The translations under genes and the position numbers were made by a program. A DNA stretch of 64,000 nt, from contig OX597815.1 in the NCBI GenBank assembly GCA_951406725.2, positions 94,054,001 through 94,118,000 on the forward strand, written 5' to 3'. The DNA is from Octopus vulgaris. Lineage: Eukaryota. How positions within the stretch are numbered: the stretch's first letter is position 1; every line of letters starts with the position of its first letter. Shown in pieces: positions 40,540-52,957 of the stretch. The notes beneath the pieces are model-generated. The model made no database searches. It saw nothing but the letters and a program-made list of their open reading frames with translations, and had not been told where the DNA came from.

Positions 40540-41221
40540 CTCGTAAAACTCTTATTCAACCCCTTTAATTCCTGATATCATTTCCACTCTGATTTAGTCG
40601 GACCTTTTTATATGTAAACACATGTATATTTTTTCTATTAAATGTATTTAATATTCTTTTTATATCGACTTGCCTAACAATCTGACACTATCAAATGTAT
40701 CATCCTCATCAAACAACACCTCCATTGACATAACAGATGTAATGTGAATGCATGGAAAAAGCATTAAAAATTTTATAACAAATTAACGTGTTGAGCTATA
40801 CACCAACAAATCAAATATCCACCAACAAAGCTAAACATAATGCAAGGGAGACAATTATTGCCAATAGTTCAATATATTGTTTTTTTTCAGACTTATCTCC
40901 CCTGCACCATGTCATTTTTGTCGTCTGGTGTGTTTTCATTTTCTTGCGCTTCTTAACTATTATTTTACATTTCATATAAATACGCACACAATCTTTCATG
41001 CATTAACTGGTTTTAGTTTTGGGATTCCGGCCAAATTAAGACACTACCTTGAATGGTTTTAGTTGGCCATATCAACAATGGCAATTAATTCAGTATGTTT
41101 TTTTGTCAATCATGCATGAACGTGTGTGTTTGTGTGCTCATGTGCGTATATGAATGTACATGTGTGTGTGTGTGTGAGTGTTTGTGCACGTGCGCGTGCA
41201 TGTGTGTGATGAGTATATATT

Positions 41222-41402
41222 TGGAATTTACAAAAAGAAAAAAAGAAACAAAAAACAAAAACAAAAGACGAAGACAGGTGTATAAACAACAAACATGTGT
41301 ATTAGTTTAACGCTCGGGAAGGTGAGAAAGTCTTTTACGTTTTGAGCCTACGCTCTTCAACAGAAAGGATCACGCGAAAATAAACAGAGAGAGAATAAAA
41401 AA
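41222..41402 (-). repeat. Inverted copy of the hammerhead-bearing unit at 37938-38097
   Basis: Reverse complement tcctttctgttgaagagcgtaggctcaaaacgtaaaagactttctcac; GAAA mutated to AAAA. Confidence 0.8.
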
Positions 41403-41981
41403 AAGCTTTAGCGGTCGATCACGGCGGCTGGCTGGACGGAGGTGGTCAGACAGGAGAACTATATATATATATGTATATATATATATACGACAAGAAATAA
41501 TTTTTGTCTCTTTTTATGGAAACAAAACGGTTTATAGGACTGGAAAAAAAAAAAAAAAAAAAGAAGTGGTCAAATGAAATTGAGACAGAGATAAAGAAAC
41601 AATGATCATAGAACAAACATCAAATTCGTGTCAACGACTTAATATATATAATACCGTACCTCCAAACATTTGATCATATATCAATATTACCATGGTTCTT
41701 AAACATATAAAGTATATATATACAAAAACATAGAAGGTAAAAATATATATGCGAATAAATATACAGATAGAACGGCCTATCAAATAGGTAAAGACAATCG
41801 ATTAAAAATTCTAAAGTGTGTTATGCTACTAAACATCTAAATAAAATAAAATATCAATCGACTAAAAATATTTTTGAGTGGCTGTGTGAGATATATATAT
41901 ATATATGTAGGTCCCGGGTTGAGTCGGAGTTAACCACAGTTAATAAGGTACTTAATACATAGCAGAGTAAATTAATTTATT

Positions 41982-42074
41982 TTATAGAAGGAGCTTCTAC
42001 AGGACTAGAACTATTTCATTCTGAAGATTTCATTTGAATGAAACAGTTCTAGTCCTGTAGAAGCTCCTTCTATA

Positions 42075-42075
<1 letters not shown>
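41982..42075. repeat. Hairpin with 40-bp stem
   Basis: ttatagaaggagcttctacaggactagaactatttcattc / gaatgaaacagttctagtcctgtagaagctccttctataa. Confidence 0.9.
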
Positions 42076-42116
<41 letters not shown>

Positions 42117-42129
42117 ATGTGTGTGTATG

Positions 42130-42332
42130 TTTGTGTGTCTGTGTTTGTCCCCCCAACATCGCTTGACAACCGATGCTAGTGTGTTTACGTCCCCGTAACT
42201 TAGCGGTTTGGCAAAAGGGACCGATAGAATAAGTACTAGGCTTACAAAGAATAAGTCATGGGGTCGATTTGCTCGACTAAATGCGGTGCTCCAGCATGGC
42301 CGCAGTAAAAATGACTGAAACGAGTAAAAGAG
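42130..42332 (+). mobile_element. Octopus-type SINE 3' half
   Basis: cgtccccgtaacttagcggtt ... gcggtgctccagcatggccgcag with CpGs retained. Confidence 0.8.
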
Positions 42333-42381
42333 TTACTCCCCTCAAAAATTTTTTTGTCTTTTAATGTTTGAGTTTCTTGTT

Positions 42382-42465
42382 CATCCTGATGAGGGGGATC
42401 ATTGCTGAAATGCACTTTAACTGTAATTGAATCGCGACAGTGAACTCCCGAAATGGCCATAGGTG
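42382..42465 (+). ncRNA. Type I hammerhead ribozyme motif with intact core
   Basis: catc-CTGATGA-gggggatcattg...cagtgaactccc-GAAA-tggcc-ATA-ggtg; ATGGCCAT palindrome. Confidence 0.68.
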
Positions 42466-43799
42466 TGTTTGACTTGATTTTGTGGAACTCTTTTTGCCCC
42501 TGGACTCTAACCTACCATGTTTTTTTATGAATTGAACTTTTTTGACGTACTCTTTTGTTTGAAGGGAGTAAGAAAATTCTTTTAGTCGAATGATATTTTA
42601 TTTTATTTAGATGTTTAGAAGTATGACAAGCTTTAGAATTTTTAGTCGGTTGTATTTACCTTTTTGATAGGCCGTTCTATATATCTGTATTTTTATTCGC
42701 ATATATATATTTTTACCTTCTGTGTTTTTTGTATATGTATACTTTATATGTTTAAGAACCATGGTAATATTTATATATGATAAAATGTTTGGAAGTATGG
42801 TGTTATATATATAAAGTCGTTGACACGAATTTGATGTTTGTTCTATATATATATAGTGAATTAGTGGTGAAGCTTGGAAGCTGCTGCGTTTGACGAAATG
42901 ATGGACTTAAGAATATATTCAACCATTACCGTGTTTGAGTGATACATATACGTAGACACATGCATACGGTCACGCGTTCGTATATATTTCTGTGTTTTCT
43001 CCCCTTTCGATTTATTGTCTGGCAGTGAATCGTTCGTCTCCCGTTTTAAAGAGTTATTTCCCCTAGTTAGTTAAATAACTTCAAGAATTTGTACCCTTAG
43101 AAATAAGACCATAAAGAATTTGTACGCTGATATACAAACACAAATATGCTCGCACACGCACACAGACACATATGGAGATGCACTCACAGACGCGTGCGAT
43201 CATACATACTCATATACACACATTAACACACACACGCACGCGTGCGCACACACATACACACGCGCGCACACACACATACACACACACAAGCACACCTGTA
43301 TGCACATATGCACACATGCATGTACATACGCACACACGCACGCATGCATACATTTATACATTGTTATCCTGTTGTGTTGTGCTGAGTTCAAACTCAACCG
43401 TAGTCAACTTCACCTTGAAATCCTTCGGGTTGAAAAAGTACCAGTCACATTTTACGTTAAGAGTATTTGTGTCTGTGGAATATTCAAGAAATTTACACAT
43501 TCATTTCACGAGTTGTAATTCAGTTGGTCTTTAAAGAAGCTCTAACGGAACAACAAGAATGAGGAGGGGGACAAGAGTGAGAGGGATAGCGGCTCGAAGG
43601 AGAGGTGGGCATGCAAAATGAGAGAGAGGCACGGAGGGTTTTATCAAAGCATGTATGGATGTGTACATCATGTGTATGAGTGTGTATATAGAAATGCTGA
43701 GTCTGGAAGAAATATCAAGACCTTATTTATGAAGAGAGAAATACTCACAGAGAAAAAAAAACAGCCTTTATACTTAAAGGGTGTACTTATCCGGTCAAC

Positions 43800-44990
43800 T
43801 GGCTAATACAATCCTCCGCTCATGAGACAGGAGGAAAACATTTCACTTTAAAGCTCAGGTAGGCTCCTGGGTAGAGGGAGTTCTTTAATATGATTTTTTT
43901 CAGCTAAACAAAATCTGCACCACCTACTTTTGTTAAGGTAAGGTCTGAACTTTTTCAGTAGTCCTCACTTGATGTTATATTGTGCAACTTTTTCTTTCAA
44001 TAGCTACATATATCTCACTACAGATGTAACATTACTTCATATCTGGATATTAAACGAGGACCTGTGATTGCTGAGCCTGTTTTTGAAGAATCTTTCTGTC
44101 ATTCCGACGTATTTCGGTACATTCGTTGCTCCACTGGGATCGTTTGAGATTAACTCCACTTCAAACACGGCGGTTCTGTATTACATTGCTCGATGAGTGG
44201 GAATGTGAGGTTACCTCTGCATGAACAGTCTGCTTCTATGTTAGGTTTGGGTTTATTTACTAAATCTTTCTTTATGTTAAGTGCGCAGCTGAAAGAGACG
44301 GTCAAAATATACCCATTGAAAAATTTCTTGTACCTATGTTTCTGTGGAAAATGCTTACTCACTAAACTAAGGAAGGTCATACCTTCTCAAGTTTTGAAAT
44401 TAAGTAAAAAACGGGTATGCAAACCATATGATATTATGGTGACTTTTCTCTGGGTGTGATTAAGATTGGTCAAATAACTAATTCTATCTTCGAAACAACT
44501 TGTAGACAGGGCTTCGTTATGGTACAGGACCATAGCATCGAAGATTTCCTTACTTGAAGATGTTGAAAATTCTTCTGTTAACTACTCTCACTAGGTTTTT
44601 GAAAACTACCGCTGGATGACTGGAAGCTGTGTTAATCTAGGCCTGCCTCTCATTTGGTTTTCAGAATGGCTTGTAGGTACCGGTATCTGGATCAAATGCA
44701 ACATCTAGGAAATCAACTATTTTCAAGTTGGTCTCTATTGTGACTTTGGGCCTATGAAAATTAAGGGCATGAGTTAGGTCTTTCCTGAGCCTATTGAGTA
44801 TATAGTCGTTTATCCATCTCAATAATGCCATGGCATCGTCACTATATAAGCCAAAGTTGGCTGGGGGGAATTTCTTGCAATGTACTTCTAGAATAAAAAG
44901 CCTGTAAGATCGCATGAATTAGCACTGTCGATTGCTCCACCAAGAAATTATTAACAATCTTTTCACATCTAAATCTAAGTATTTATTGAA
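43800..44990 (-). mobile_element. Penelope-like element remnant (RT plus GIY-YIG endonuclease)
   Basis: FGLYSDDAM (GLYRDDG-type), IVDFLDVAFD, CSCRGNLTFPL..C, YVGMTERFFKNRLSNHRSSF and CRFCLAEK; frameshifted. Confidence 0.85.
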
Positions 44991-45519
44991 GACGATATTC
45001 TAGTCTTTGCAAATTAAAAAAAAAAGCTTCATGACGTGACATTAAATCGGCACCTCACAATGTTACACAACAATTATCTTGTATTACGTCACAAAACCGG
45101 CACGTATGGTGCACGACAGAATATTTCGGCGTCATTGTTTCATATAAAGAAGTTAATATGATGGAAAGTTAAAATTAATACGGAGACTCTCTTTAAACGT
45201 CTAGTAACGATGTCCAATGAATTAAGAAGTATTACTCAACTTCTTACTCATTTCATACCACATTTTAATTTACTGTAGAAAAAAGAAGTAACCCTATTTA
45301 TAAAGGTACTGTATAGGTTCCTACAGTTAATAAAAGATATTCCCTGTCCGGCAGATGTACGGCCACATTAACTAATAGTAACAGCAGATTATGTTAATGA
45401 CAATTTTGTAAATGTTATATTGTCTAATTTGTTAAAATATTCAAAAGAATAATCAACTACTCAAGCAATAGCGGAAGCACTGCTAACTAGTAAATTTAGC
45501 TGTTAGAACTTACTAAATA

Positions 45520-46620
45520 AGAACTTACAGAAAAACCGGGTATTGTTCTGTGGAAATTGAAGTATTATTCGTTTTGCAATAAGAACAAAATTATTGGATA
45601 TTACTGTCATAAGAAAAAACCTCAATAAAAAACAAAAATAAAAATAAAACAAAACAAAGCAACTTCTATGGAGGCCTAACATCAACTAATACAGAGTGCA
45701 AAATCAAGGATTGTTTAATATGCACGTTACTTGAAACATCTCCGCCGTTGGAACCCTTAATAAAATCTACGATGCTAAAAGTATGGGTAGAACTACGTTT
45801 GCAGTTCAGAGGTCCGATAGCATCAATGTAATGTAACACCACGTTGGTCGGAAGCAATTGTCATACCATCGATTGGTGCTCATGATTTGGACTCTTACAC
45901 ACGGTTCTTTTTTTTTTTTACATCTTGGGGAATTCTATAAAGAATTGTTTCTGACTATGGTTTACATTTTATAAGTTATGAGTCTAGAGTGTTTAGAATA
46001 AAGGGTAGTTCGACAATAAAGAGTAACGGTGTGTCATCCTCAATGAAATGTTCTGGCAGAAAGATTCCAGAGGAACATTGGTAAAGTGACAAAGTCATCA
46101 TGTCAAGACAGTAAATAGTGGATGTGAGAAACATGGAAGATTTTCTTACCCTCCAGAAACGGTAGTCATTCATAAAGAAAGGGATTAGCACAATTCTACA
46201 TTAATTTACCTGAAGACTTCTACATTATTAAATTCCTATAAAAAAATTAAAGCAAAGTGTAATGGTTATAGAATAAAATCTAAAGTCTTTGTTTTATCCA
46301 AAGACACGTTTTCGGGCAAAGCAAAACCCATCATGAAATGGTATACTTGTCAGAAAATCAAGTACTTAAATATAAAGCTGGTGATCACTCCATGTTGAAA
46401 AATCAACAACCAAGGAAGAACTGATGCAACTTTAAGCTCGCTCAGTTTGTTGGTAACAAGAGAAAGGTGGATCGATTTGGCTGCAGTACTCGGTCGGTTG
46501 AAAACTTTCCCCAAACTATATGTCACGTCAAGTTTGTACGTCAAAGAAGTACGTATGATTAGTAGTGTTAACATGTGGGCTAAGTATACTGTCCTTTTTT
46601 CAACCATTTATAACTTCCCC
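45520..46620 (-). mobile_element. Possible highly decayed Gypsy pol remnant
   Basis: LHYIDAIGPL..FSIVDFIK resembles the integrase HID.xGP..IVD motif; TYKLDV resembles RT FSKLDL. Weak. Confidence 0.4.
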
Positions 46621-47527
46621 GACCCACTACACATTTCTGACCGTGTACTAAAGTAAGATATCAATGTTATGGTTTTCTGTTTTCAGTTCGGAAATTAGCC
46701 AATAGGGTACGTTATCAAATTTGGCGTAGATCCTGTCAGAGGCCCAAACAGTAATCACGCAAGGCAGATACAGATGGTGCCATGAAAATGTGTTCATGAC
46801 ACTTACCAAAACTATGGAGCAGGAGAAATGTAAGAAACACCGAACATAGGGGAAGGTTTCCCCAACATCAGCAATAAAGATTACGAGGGAGGAAGAAAAT
46901 CTGACAAACACAGCAAAAACGAACAAGGGCCAATTGTATAGCAGGAAAGGTGGTTGTTGTCTCTCACCCTCGTTCATTTAGTTAAACCTCAGCCCTGATG
47001 TCGTCCTATAGTCTGAAGAGGCGAAGATCATCCTGACAGAACTTACAGACCCGTGAGAAAGGTGCGGTCGCACCTTAGAACGGAAGTGTGCCAAATACCG
47101 AAGCTAAATGAAAGGATAACATCTTTTCGTTTTAATTATTCTGATTTATTATCTCAGTTCATATATTGGGGCTGCCCTTCCTACTCTCGATGGGTAGGTC
47201 ACTAAAATCTATACCAGGTATTTGTCACGCTTTGCTCCAGTATAAGAAGTCAATATTTGTTAATACGTGTAAGAAACGACATGGACTTATAATGTCCTAG
47301 ATACTCATTTTGGGGTCAGATATTGAATTTACCTTACTGTATTCTATAGAAAATATCTCTAGCATCATTTGCATAATAAAAAAGGAGAATATCTAATTAC
47401 AATGAAAATTACTATCAGGTGATACACATACCTTCACAGTTAATTAAACCATAAAACACCTTTATTTGAAAAGTTAAGTACATTATTATTATCATTATTG
47501 TTGTTGTTGTTGTTAGTATTATTGATA

Positions 47528-47530
<3 letters not shown>

Positions 47531-47609
<79 letters not shown>

Positions 47610-47770
47610 CATCATTATTATTGCCTTTGCACAGCTTCTAACGCTGGAGATGTACCACGGTGTCAGCTGTTCACTACCAGTGAACTAAGGTAACACCTCT
47701 TATTTTTCGAGCACCTTCCGGAGTATTCGAGCGGTTCCAAGCAGTGCTGTTTTCTGCATTATGTTAATTT
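47531..47770 (-). mobile_element. 3' terminus of a second R4/Dong LINE with long (TAA)n tail
   Basis: IMQKTALLGTARILRKVLEK*, short UTR, then about 30 TAA units. Confidence 0.85.
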
Positions 47771-47928
47771 CTAAATTAGATGAAACGTCTGCTACATTTT
47801 CAAACCGCCACGTCACAAAACTAGGACAATTGATGCAGAGAATAGAGGAAATTTGCTGTTTCTGAATGAGTCTAATAAAACCTGTGATAAGTAAATACCG
47901 ATCATTGTTATTTATTGCTGAGTCAATC

Positions 47929-47984
<56 letters not shown>

Positions 47985-48325
47985 CACTAGTTCGTCTGTC
48001 GTTGTCGACGATGACTAAAGATATCACATGGGAGAAGAAGACGAGGCACGATGTGTCCGGCTGTGACCGATCAGTCTGATGCGTGCTTGGAAGGCTCTGC
48101 CACAGGCCGAGTACGGGTGGTCTGCTGGGAATGAAGGCAATGAGTTGGCTCAGGATTAGCGCAGTTGGCATTTTCTTTAAGCCCCTGCAATCTTGTTCTC
48201 TTCGTAGGAGGTGCCAGCTCTGTCGGTGCAGCTTCGCCAGGCAGGGCAATCTTGTGCTTGCGTTTCCCAGGTGTCGGGGTTGATCTCAAATCTCTTCAGT
48301 GAGGCTTTGAGTGTATCCTTGAAAA
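47985..48325 (-). mobile_element. RTE (BovB-like) 3' fragment
   Basis: FKDTLKASLKRFEINPDTWE..AWR and C-terminal ACGRAFQARIRLIGHSRTH, followed by (GT)n. Confidence 0.8.
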
Positions 48326-49067
48326 ACTTTAATTACTGTGAAGATTAATATTAGGTGATACACCCCCCCTCACAACCAATTAAACACACCCACGCACGCA
48401 CGCACGCACGCACGCACATACACGCCCATAGACACACGCGAATAGTAGGCCAACTTTAGCAGTGCTCCCTCTCTATCCTGTATTTAAAGTGATGAATAGC
48501 ATCACCGTTGTATAGTTTATAGTGAAAGTTGTAAGTGCTTGGATTGTGGAATTGACAATGCAGATTACATCATAATCAAGTCAACCGATGACCTGGAATA
48601 CGAGAATGTTTCACCTTTAGAGATGAGGAACTCTTCACCGACAGTAAAATGCGAATCCTCTCTGTGACCAAATTTCTAAAATGCCTTTTCTAAAACAAAC
48701 CAGCAAAAACCTAGCTAAAGCCCGATGTCAATAGCAAGAATTTGATATAAATTACAAAAATATGAATGCATAAAATTTAATTTAATGATTCATAATTTAT
48801 TTTTAGTACAGTTACACAGCTCGAGTTTTAAGTAAGTAGTCTATCGCACCAAAATGATTCTTCATCCTTGCTGTACGGTTTGAGTTGATCTCACAGAATT
48901 AGCTGTCAAACTTCCCCTCAAATCATAGTTTACTGTTTTAAAAGAACATTTTGAATAACGTAGTTTTGGAGACGTTCTTATTGTAAATAATATGGAAAGG
49001 TGATATCAGGACTGTACTCATAGTCTTCTCATTCGGAGCATATCTGAAGATAAGCAGCAGCATCAAC

Positions 49068-49116
49068 AAGAATAAGAACAACAACAGCAACAACAGCAGC
49101 AGCAGCAGCAACAACG

Positions 49117-49152
<36 letters not shown>
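49068..49152. repeat. (CAA)/(CAG)n microsatellite
   Basis: Seen directly. Confidence 0.9.
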
Positions 49153-49153
<1 letters not shown>

Positions 49154-49575
49154 CTCACTGGAAACCAGAGCTAACACTATTCGTCGAAAGAAGCAACTGC
49201 AAAAATTACAATGTCTCTGACATCTTCAGCAATAAACTATACCCAACCTGTATCCGTAACACTTTTTTCTAAAAAGAAATCGAAATGGAGTAAGGAAACG
49301 ATTAAGAGAAAAGGACAAAAAAACAAAAACAAATAAACATGGCGACCAGACTCAAGCGTAGTTTCAGCGCGTTTAAAGTCTGAAGACTTTTAATTCTATA
49401 GTACTACTCCTCTGGTTACGCCAATGATATAGGAACTATCTCTGAGGGGATAAACAAGTAGGGACTAAAAGTGAAGGCCAACAACATATAACATATAAAA
49501 GAGAGAAATCTATAGACAGAAGCAATTCATACAGTAATCGAATATATATGTGTGTGTATGTGTGTGTGAATGTGA

Positions 49576-49640
<65 letters not shown>

Positions 49641-49960
49641 TGTATTAATCGAAGTGTCATGGCTCAGTAGTTTTTGGGACTGCGTGTGAGTGTGTGTGTG
49701 TGTCTGTGCACGTTTCTATGTGTGTGTGTGTACATATGTGCTTGTGTTTGTGTATATGAGTACAGGACATCACAAAACGTAAACAACATGAAATATGAAA
49801 ATAAGGTTGGGTACGCAAAGAATGAGAGAAACAAATGGAAAACAAGACAAGTAACATAAAAAACGACCCTTCGCCAGTTGTCGGCTGTCCGTGAGTCTTT
49901 CTGTATGTGAGTGTGGCATGTGTGTTTTAGTTTGTGCGTGTGTATGTGAATGTGTGAGTA

Positions 49961-52957
49961 TGTTTGAGGACTGCTGAAACGTGGAAGAGAGATACCAGCT
50001 GGTCTGAGTGCTCTCTACCCACAATAACTAACACTGAAAAAAAATCTAAAAAGACTACAGCAACTCAGGGAAACTAAACCAGAACAATCTGCCATCCTCT
50101 ACACACCATCATAAACTGCAAGCAGGGTACAAATTGTTGTCCTTAAATGCTCGCAGTTTATGCAACAAAATACATTTGTTCAACGCCTACGTCAGAAGTA
50201 TTGACCCTGACTTCATCACTGTCACGGAAACATGGGCGCATTCCTTACTCTGTGATGGGGTTTTCAACATTACGGGGTACAACCTCTTCCGTAAGGACCG
50301 CATTAACCGCCGTGGTGGTGGTGTGATGGTCTACGTTCGTTCAAATTTTTCTGTAATTCCTTGTGCCGATTTGAACGAATCACAAGAAGAAGTTTTTTTC
50401 TGTGACGTACGTATGACCATGTCAACACTCCTGCTTGGCGTTGATTATCGTCCCCCAAATTACCATCAGGACACACAGCTTTGCGATATCCTCCGAGCTG
50501 CTGCCAGGAAAACAGCCACTTATGTTTTTATTGCAGGCGATTTCAATCATCCTGAGAGCAATTGGGAAACCTTCCATTGGCCACAGAGTGCAAACGATTT
50601 TGTTGAGCTTGTACTGGACTCAAACTGGTCACAAGTAGTCACCTCTCCAACAAGGGGCGACAACACCTTGGACCTGCTCTTCACCACAACTCCTGAAGCG
50701 GTTATCAATTGCACTACGGAGGAACCTCTAGGTGACTCTGATCATGCTATGATCATCGCCAATCTGGCTCTTGCGGGCAACAAAAACCTGAACCATCTCC
50801 AATCTGCTTTCTTCGATTGGAAGAGAGCAGATTGGAACCTGTACCACACTGAACTACAGCACCCAAACTGGCGTGAATTCTACAACTCTGGAGATGTGAA
50901 TACTATACTCCAGAGTATCCTGGACTCAATATGGGCAGCATGTGCAGCATCAGTGCCACGTAAACAGAAAAAGAAGAACCGCCCCAAAAGGGCAATTTGG
51001 GAAACTTCAGCGGTCCGACTTGCCAGGAAGGAACGTCGGACTGCTGAACGGGAATACAAGTTGCATAAATCAGACACCAACAGGAAGAAGCGGAATAAAT
51101 CTTCCAACCATCTCAAGCAAGTGACAAAAAAAGCAGTGCTTGAATTTGAACAGTGCATAGCAGCCAATCCTGACAGCAAGGTTTTCTGGAAATATGTGCA
51201 TTCAAAGCAGAGACCTCACTCTCCAGTGGGCCCTCTTCGCAACCCTCACACAAACCAGATCACTGACGACCCCAAGGAATGCGCAGAACTCATTGCCGAG
51301 TGCTATGCAAACATATTCACTGTTGAAAGTCAAAATGTACCATCTTCACCATCACTAACAGCAAATTCCATAACAACTATGGAATTTACACCTGCAATGC
51401 TGCGAGGTCACCTTCAAAATAAGCGCAACTATGCCTCCCCTGGTCTCGATGGAGTTACATACCTGCTTCTCAAACGTGGCAGGTACTTCCTTTTACACCA
51501 GCTTTCTATTTTCTTCCAGTACTGTCTCAACAATGGTGCTACTCCGGAGCAGTGGAAAACTGCCAGTGTCATTCCTCTGTTCAAAAAGGGCGACCGCACA
51601 TCACCTGTCAACTATCGCCCAGTCAGTCTCACTAGCTGTATTGCAAAACTGATGAGAAACACTCTGGAACTTCTGGAGCTCTCACAGTCTCATCCGACCC
51701 TCACAATATGGATTTGTCCCTAACTCCAGCTGCAGTGATCAGCTTGTCGAGTTCCTTGAGGACATTACTCAGATCACTGACAGTGGCTCATGGGTGGATG
51801 TTGTCTACCTTGACTTTGCTAAGGCTTTCAACTCTGTGCCACACAAAAGGCTTATGGTGAAACTCTCTGCAATGGGTGTGAGGGATGACCTTTTTAACTG
51901 GTTGAAATCTTTCATTCTCAGCCGAAAGGAGGTAGTCACAGTTCTAGGACAGCATTCTACACCATATGAGATGTCATCGGGTGTACCACAGGGATCTGTC
52001 CTTGGTCCCCTCTTGTTTGTGACATACATTAATGACATAGATGCCAATTTAAAGAATGCCACAGTATTGAAATATGCAGACGACATCAAGCTGTACCTTG
52101 AAATCAAGAGGACAGATCCTGATGTCTACAACTCTTTCCTGCAATCAGACCTAGACACAATGCAGCAATGGATCACAGACTGGCAACTGAAACTGGCTGT
52201 GGACAAGTGTACCACCATGCATTTTGGGAGAAAAAACCCTGCGTCCACATACTCCCTCCACAACACTGATATCAAGAAATCCTCTTGCGAGCGTGACCTA
52301 GGCATCACTGTCAGTAGTGATTTGCGTTGGACAAAGCATATCTCTAAAATTGTCAAGAAGGCCGAGGGTGTCTTGGCATCACTCAGCAAGACTTTTGTTA
52401 GCCGCTCTCCAGCCATCTATTTAAAACTGCATACAGCTATGGTACGACCACACTTGGAATTCGCATCATCAGTTTGGAACCCCTATCTTGCTCAGAACAT
52501 TGACCTCCTGGAATCTGTCCAGAGACGTGCAACCAAACGCATACTCTCCATCAGACACCTACCATATTCTGAGCGCCTTGTTTCCCTGGGCATGGATTCA
52601 CTGAAGCTCCGGCGTCAGGCGACGGACTTGGTAAACACCCACAAGGTTATCAACCACCTCACCAACAACAACACTGAACACCTTTTTGATCTCCATGTGT
52701 CTAACACACGTGGACATGCCTACAAAGTCAGAAAACAACACAGCTCCCATGACTTTCGGAAACATTTTTTCACGCTCAGAGTTGCTGAAGCATGGAATAA
52801 ACTGCCTGCGTCAGTTGTTGACTGCCATGACACTGCATCCTTTAAGGCCCTCATGCTTTCCGAAATCCGCCGAAACTACACCTGATTATATATACACTTT
52901 AGATGAGTTGTAGTGCACCTGAGCACTGTACACAATTATTATTATTATTATTATTAT
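49961..52957 (+). mobile_element. Young 5'-truncated CR1-clade LINE (probable ORF1 tail, ORF2, short 3' UTR, (ATT)n tail)
   Basis: APE+RT ORF2, CR1-type C-terminus TRGHAYKV..RKHFFTLRV..WNKLP, small 3' UTR hairpin tagtgc/gcactg and ATT repeat tail. Left boundary approximate. Confidence 0.92.
50068..52885 (+). pseudogene. CR1 ORF2 (APE endonuclease plus reverse transcriptase) with one frameshift near 51655
   Basis: APE: NARSL, VTETW, YRPP, AGDFN, SDH. RT: NYRPVSL, QYGF, YLDFAKAF, GVPQGSVLGP, YADD. The 529-aa and 363-aa ORFs join through a frame change after SCIAKLM. Confidence 0.93.

Larger units (their letters stand above)
41609..42846. repeat. About 210-bp inverted repeat pair (41609-41815 and 42630-42846)
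   Basis: atagaacaaacatcaaattcgtgtcaacgact... matches the reverse complement of ...agtcgttgacacgaatttgatgtttgttctat. Confidence 0.9.

Noticed and set aside
42021-42052. CUGAAGA...GAAAC inside the 40-bp hairpin
   Set aside because: No stem I partner, and the long hairpin would sequester it; not counted as a hammerhead.
43120-43534. ORFs rich in HT/CV/YI repeats (also near 32838, 36288, 38774, 41095, 49436, 60248 and 62729)
   Set aside because: Translations of dinucleotide microsatellites, not genes.
43790-43850. Degenerate hammerhead-like text at the PLE end
   Set aside because: Better explained as the C-terminal coding sequence of the PLE.
47415-49177. Poly-Ile and poly-Leu ORFs
   Set aside because: Arise from (ATT)n and (CAA/CAG)n repeats.
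49336-49383. aacATGGCG start-like or YY1-like motif
   Set aside because: Frame stops after 14 codons with no convincing donor.
50880-52416. Antisense ORFs over the CR1
   Set aside because: Shadow ORFs of ORF2 without recognisable motifs.
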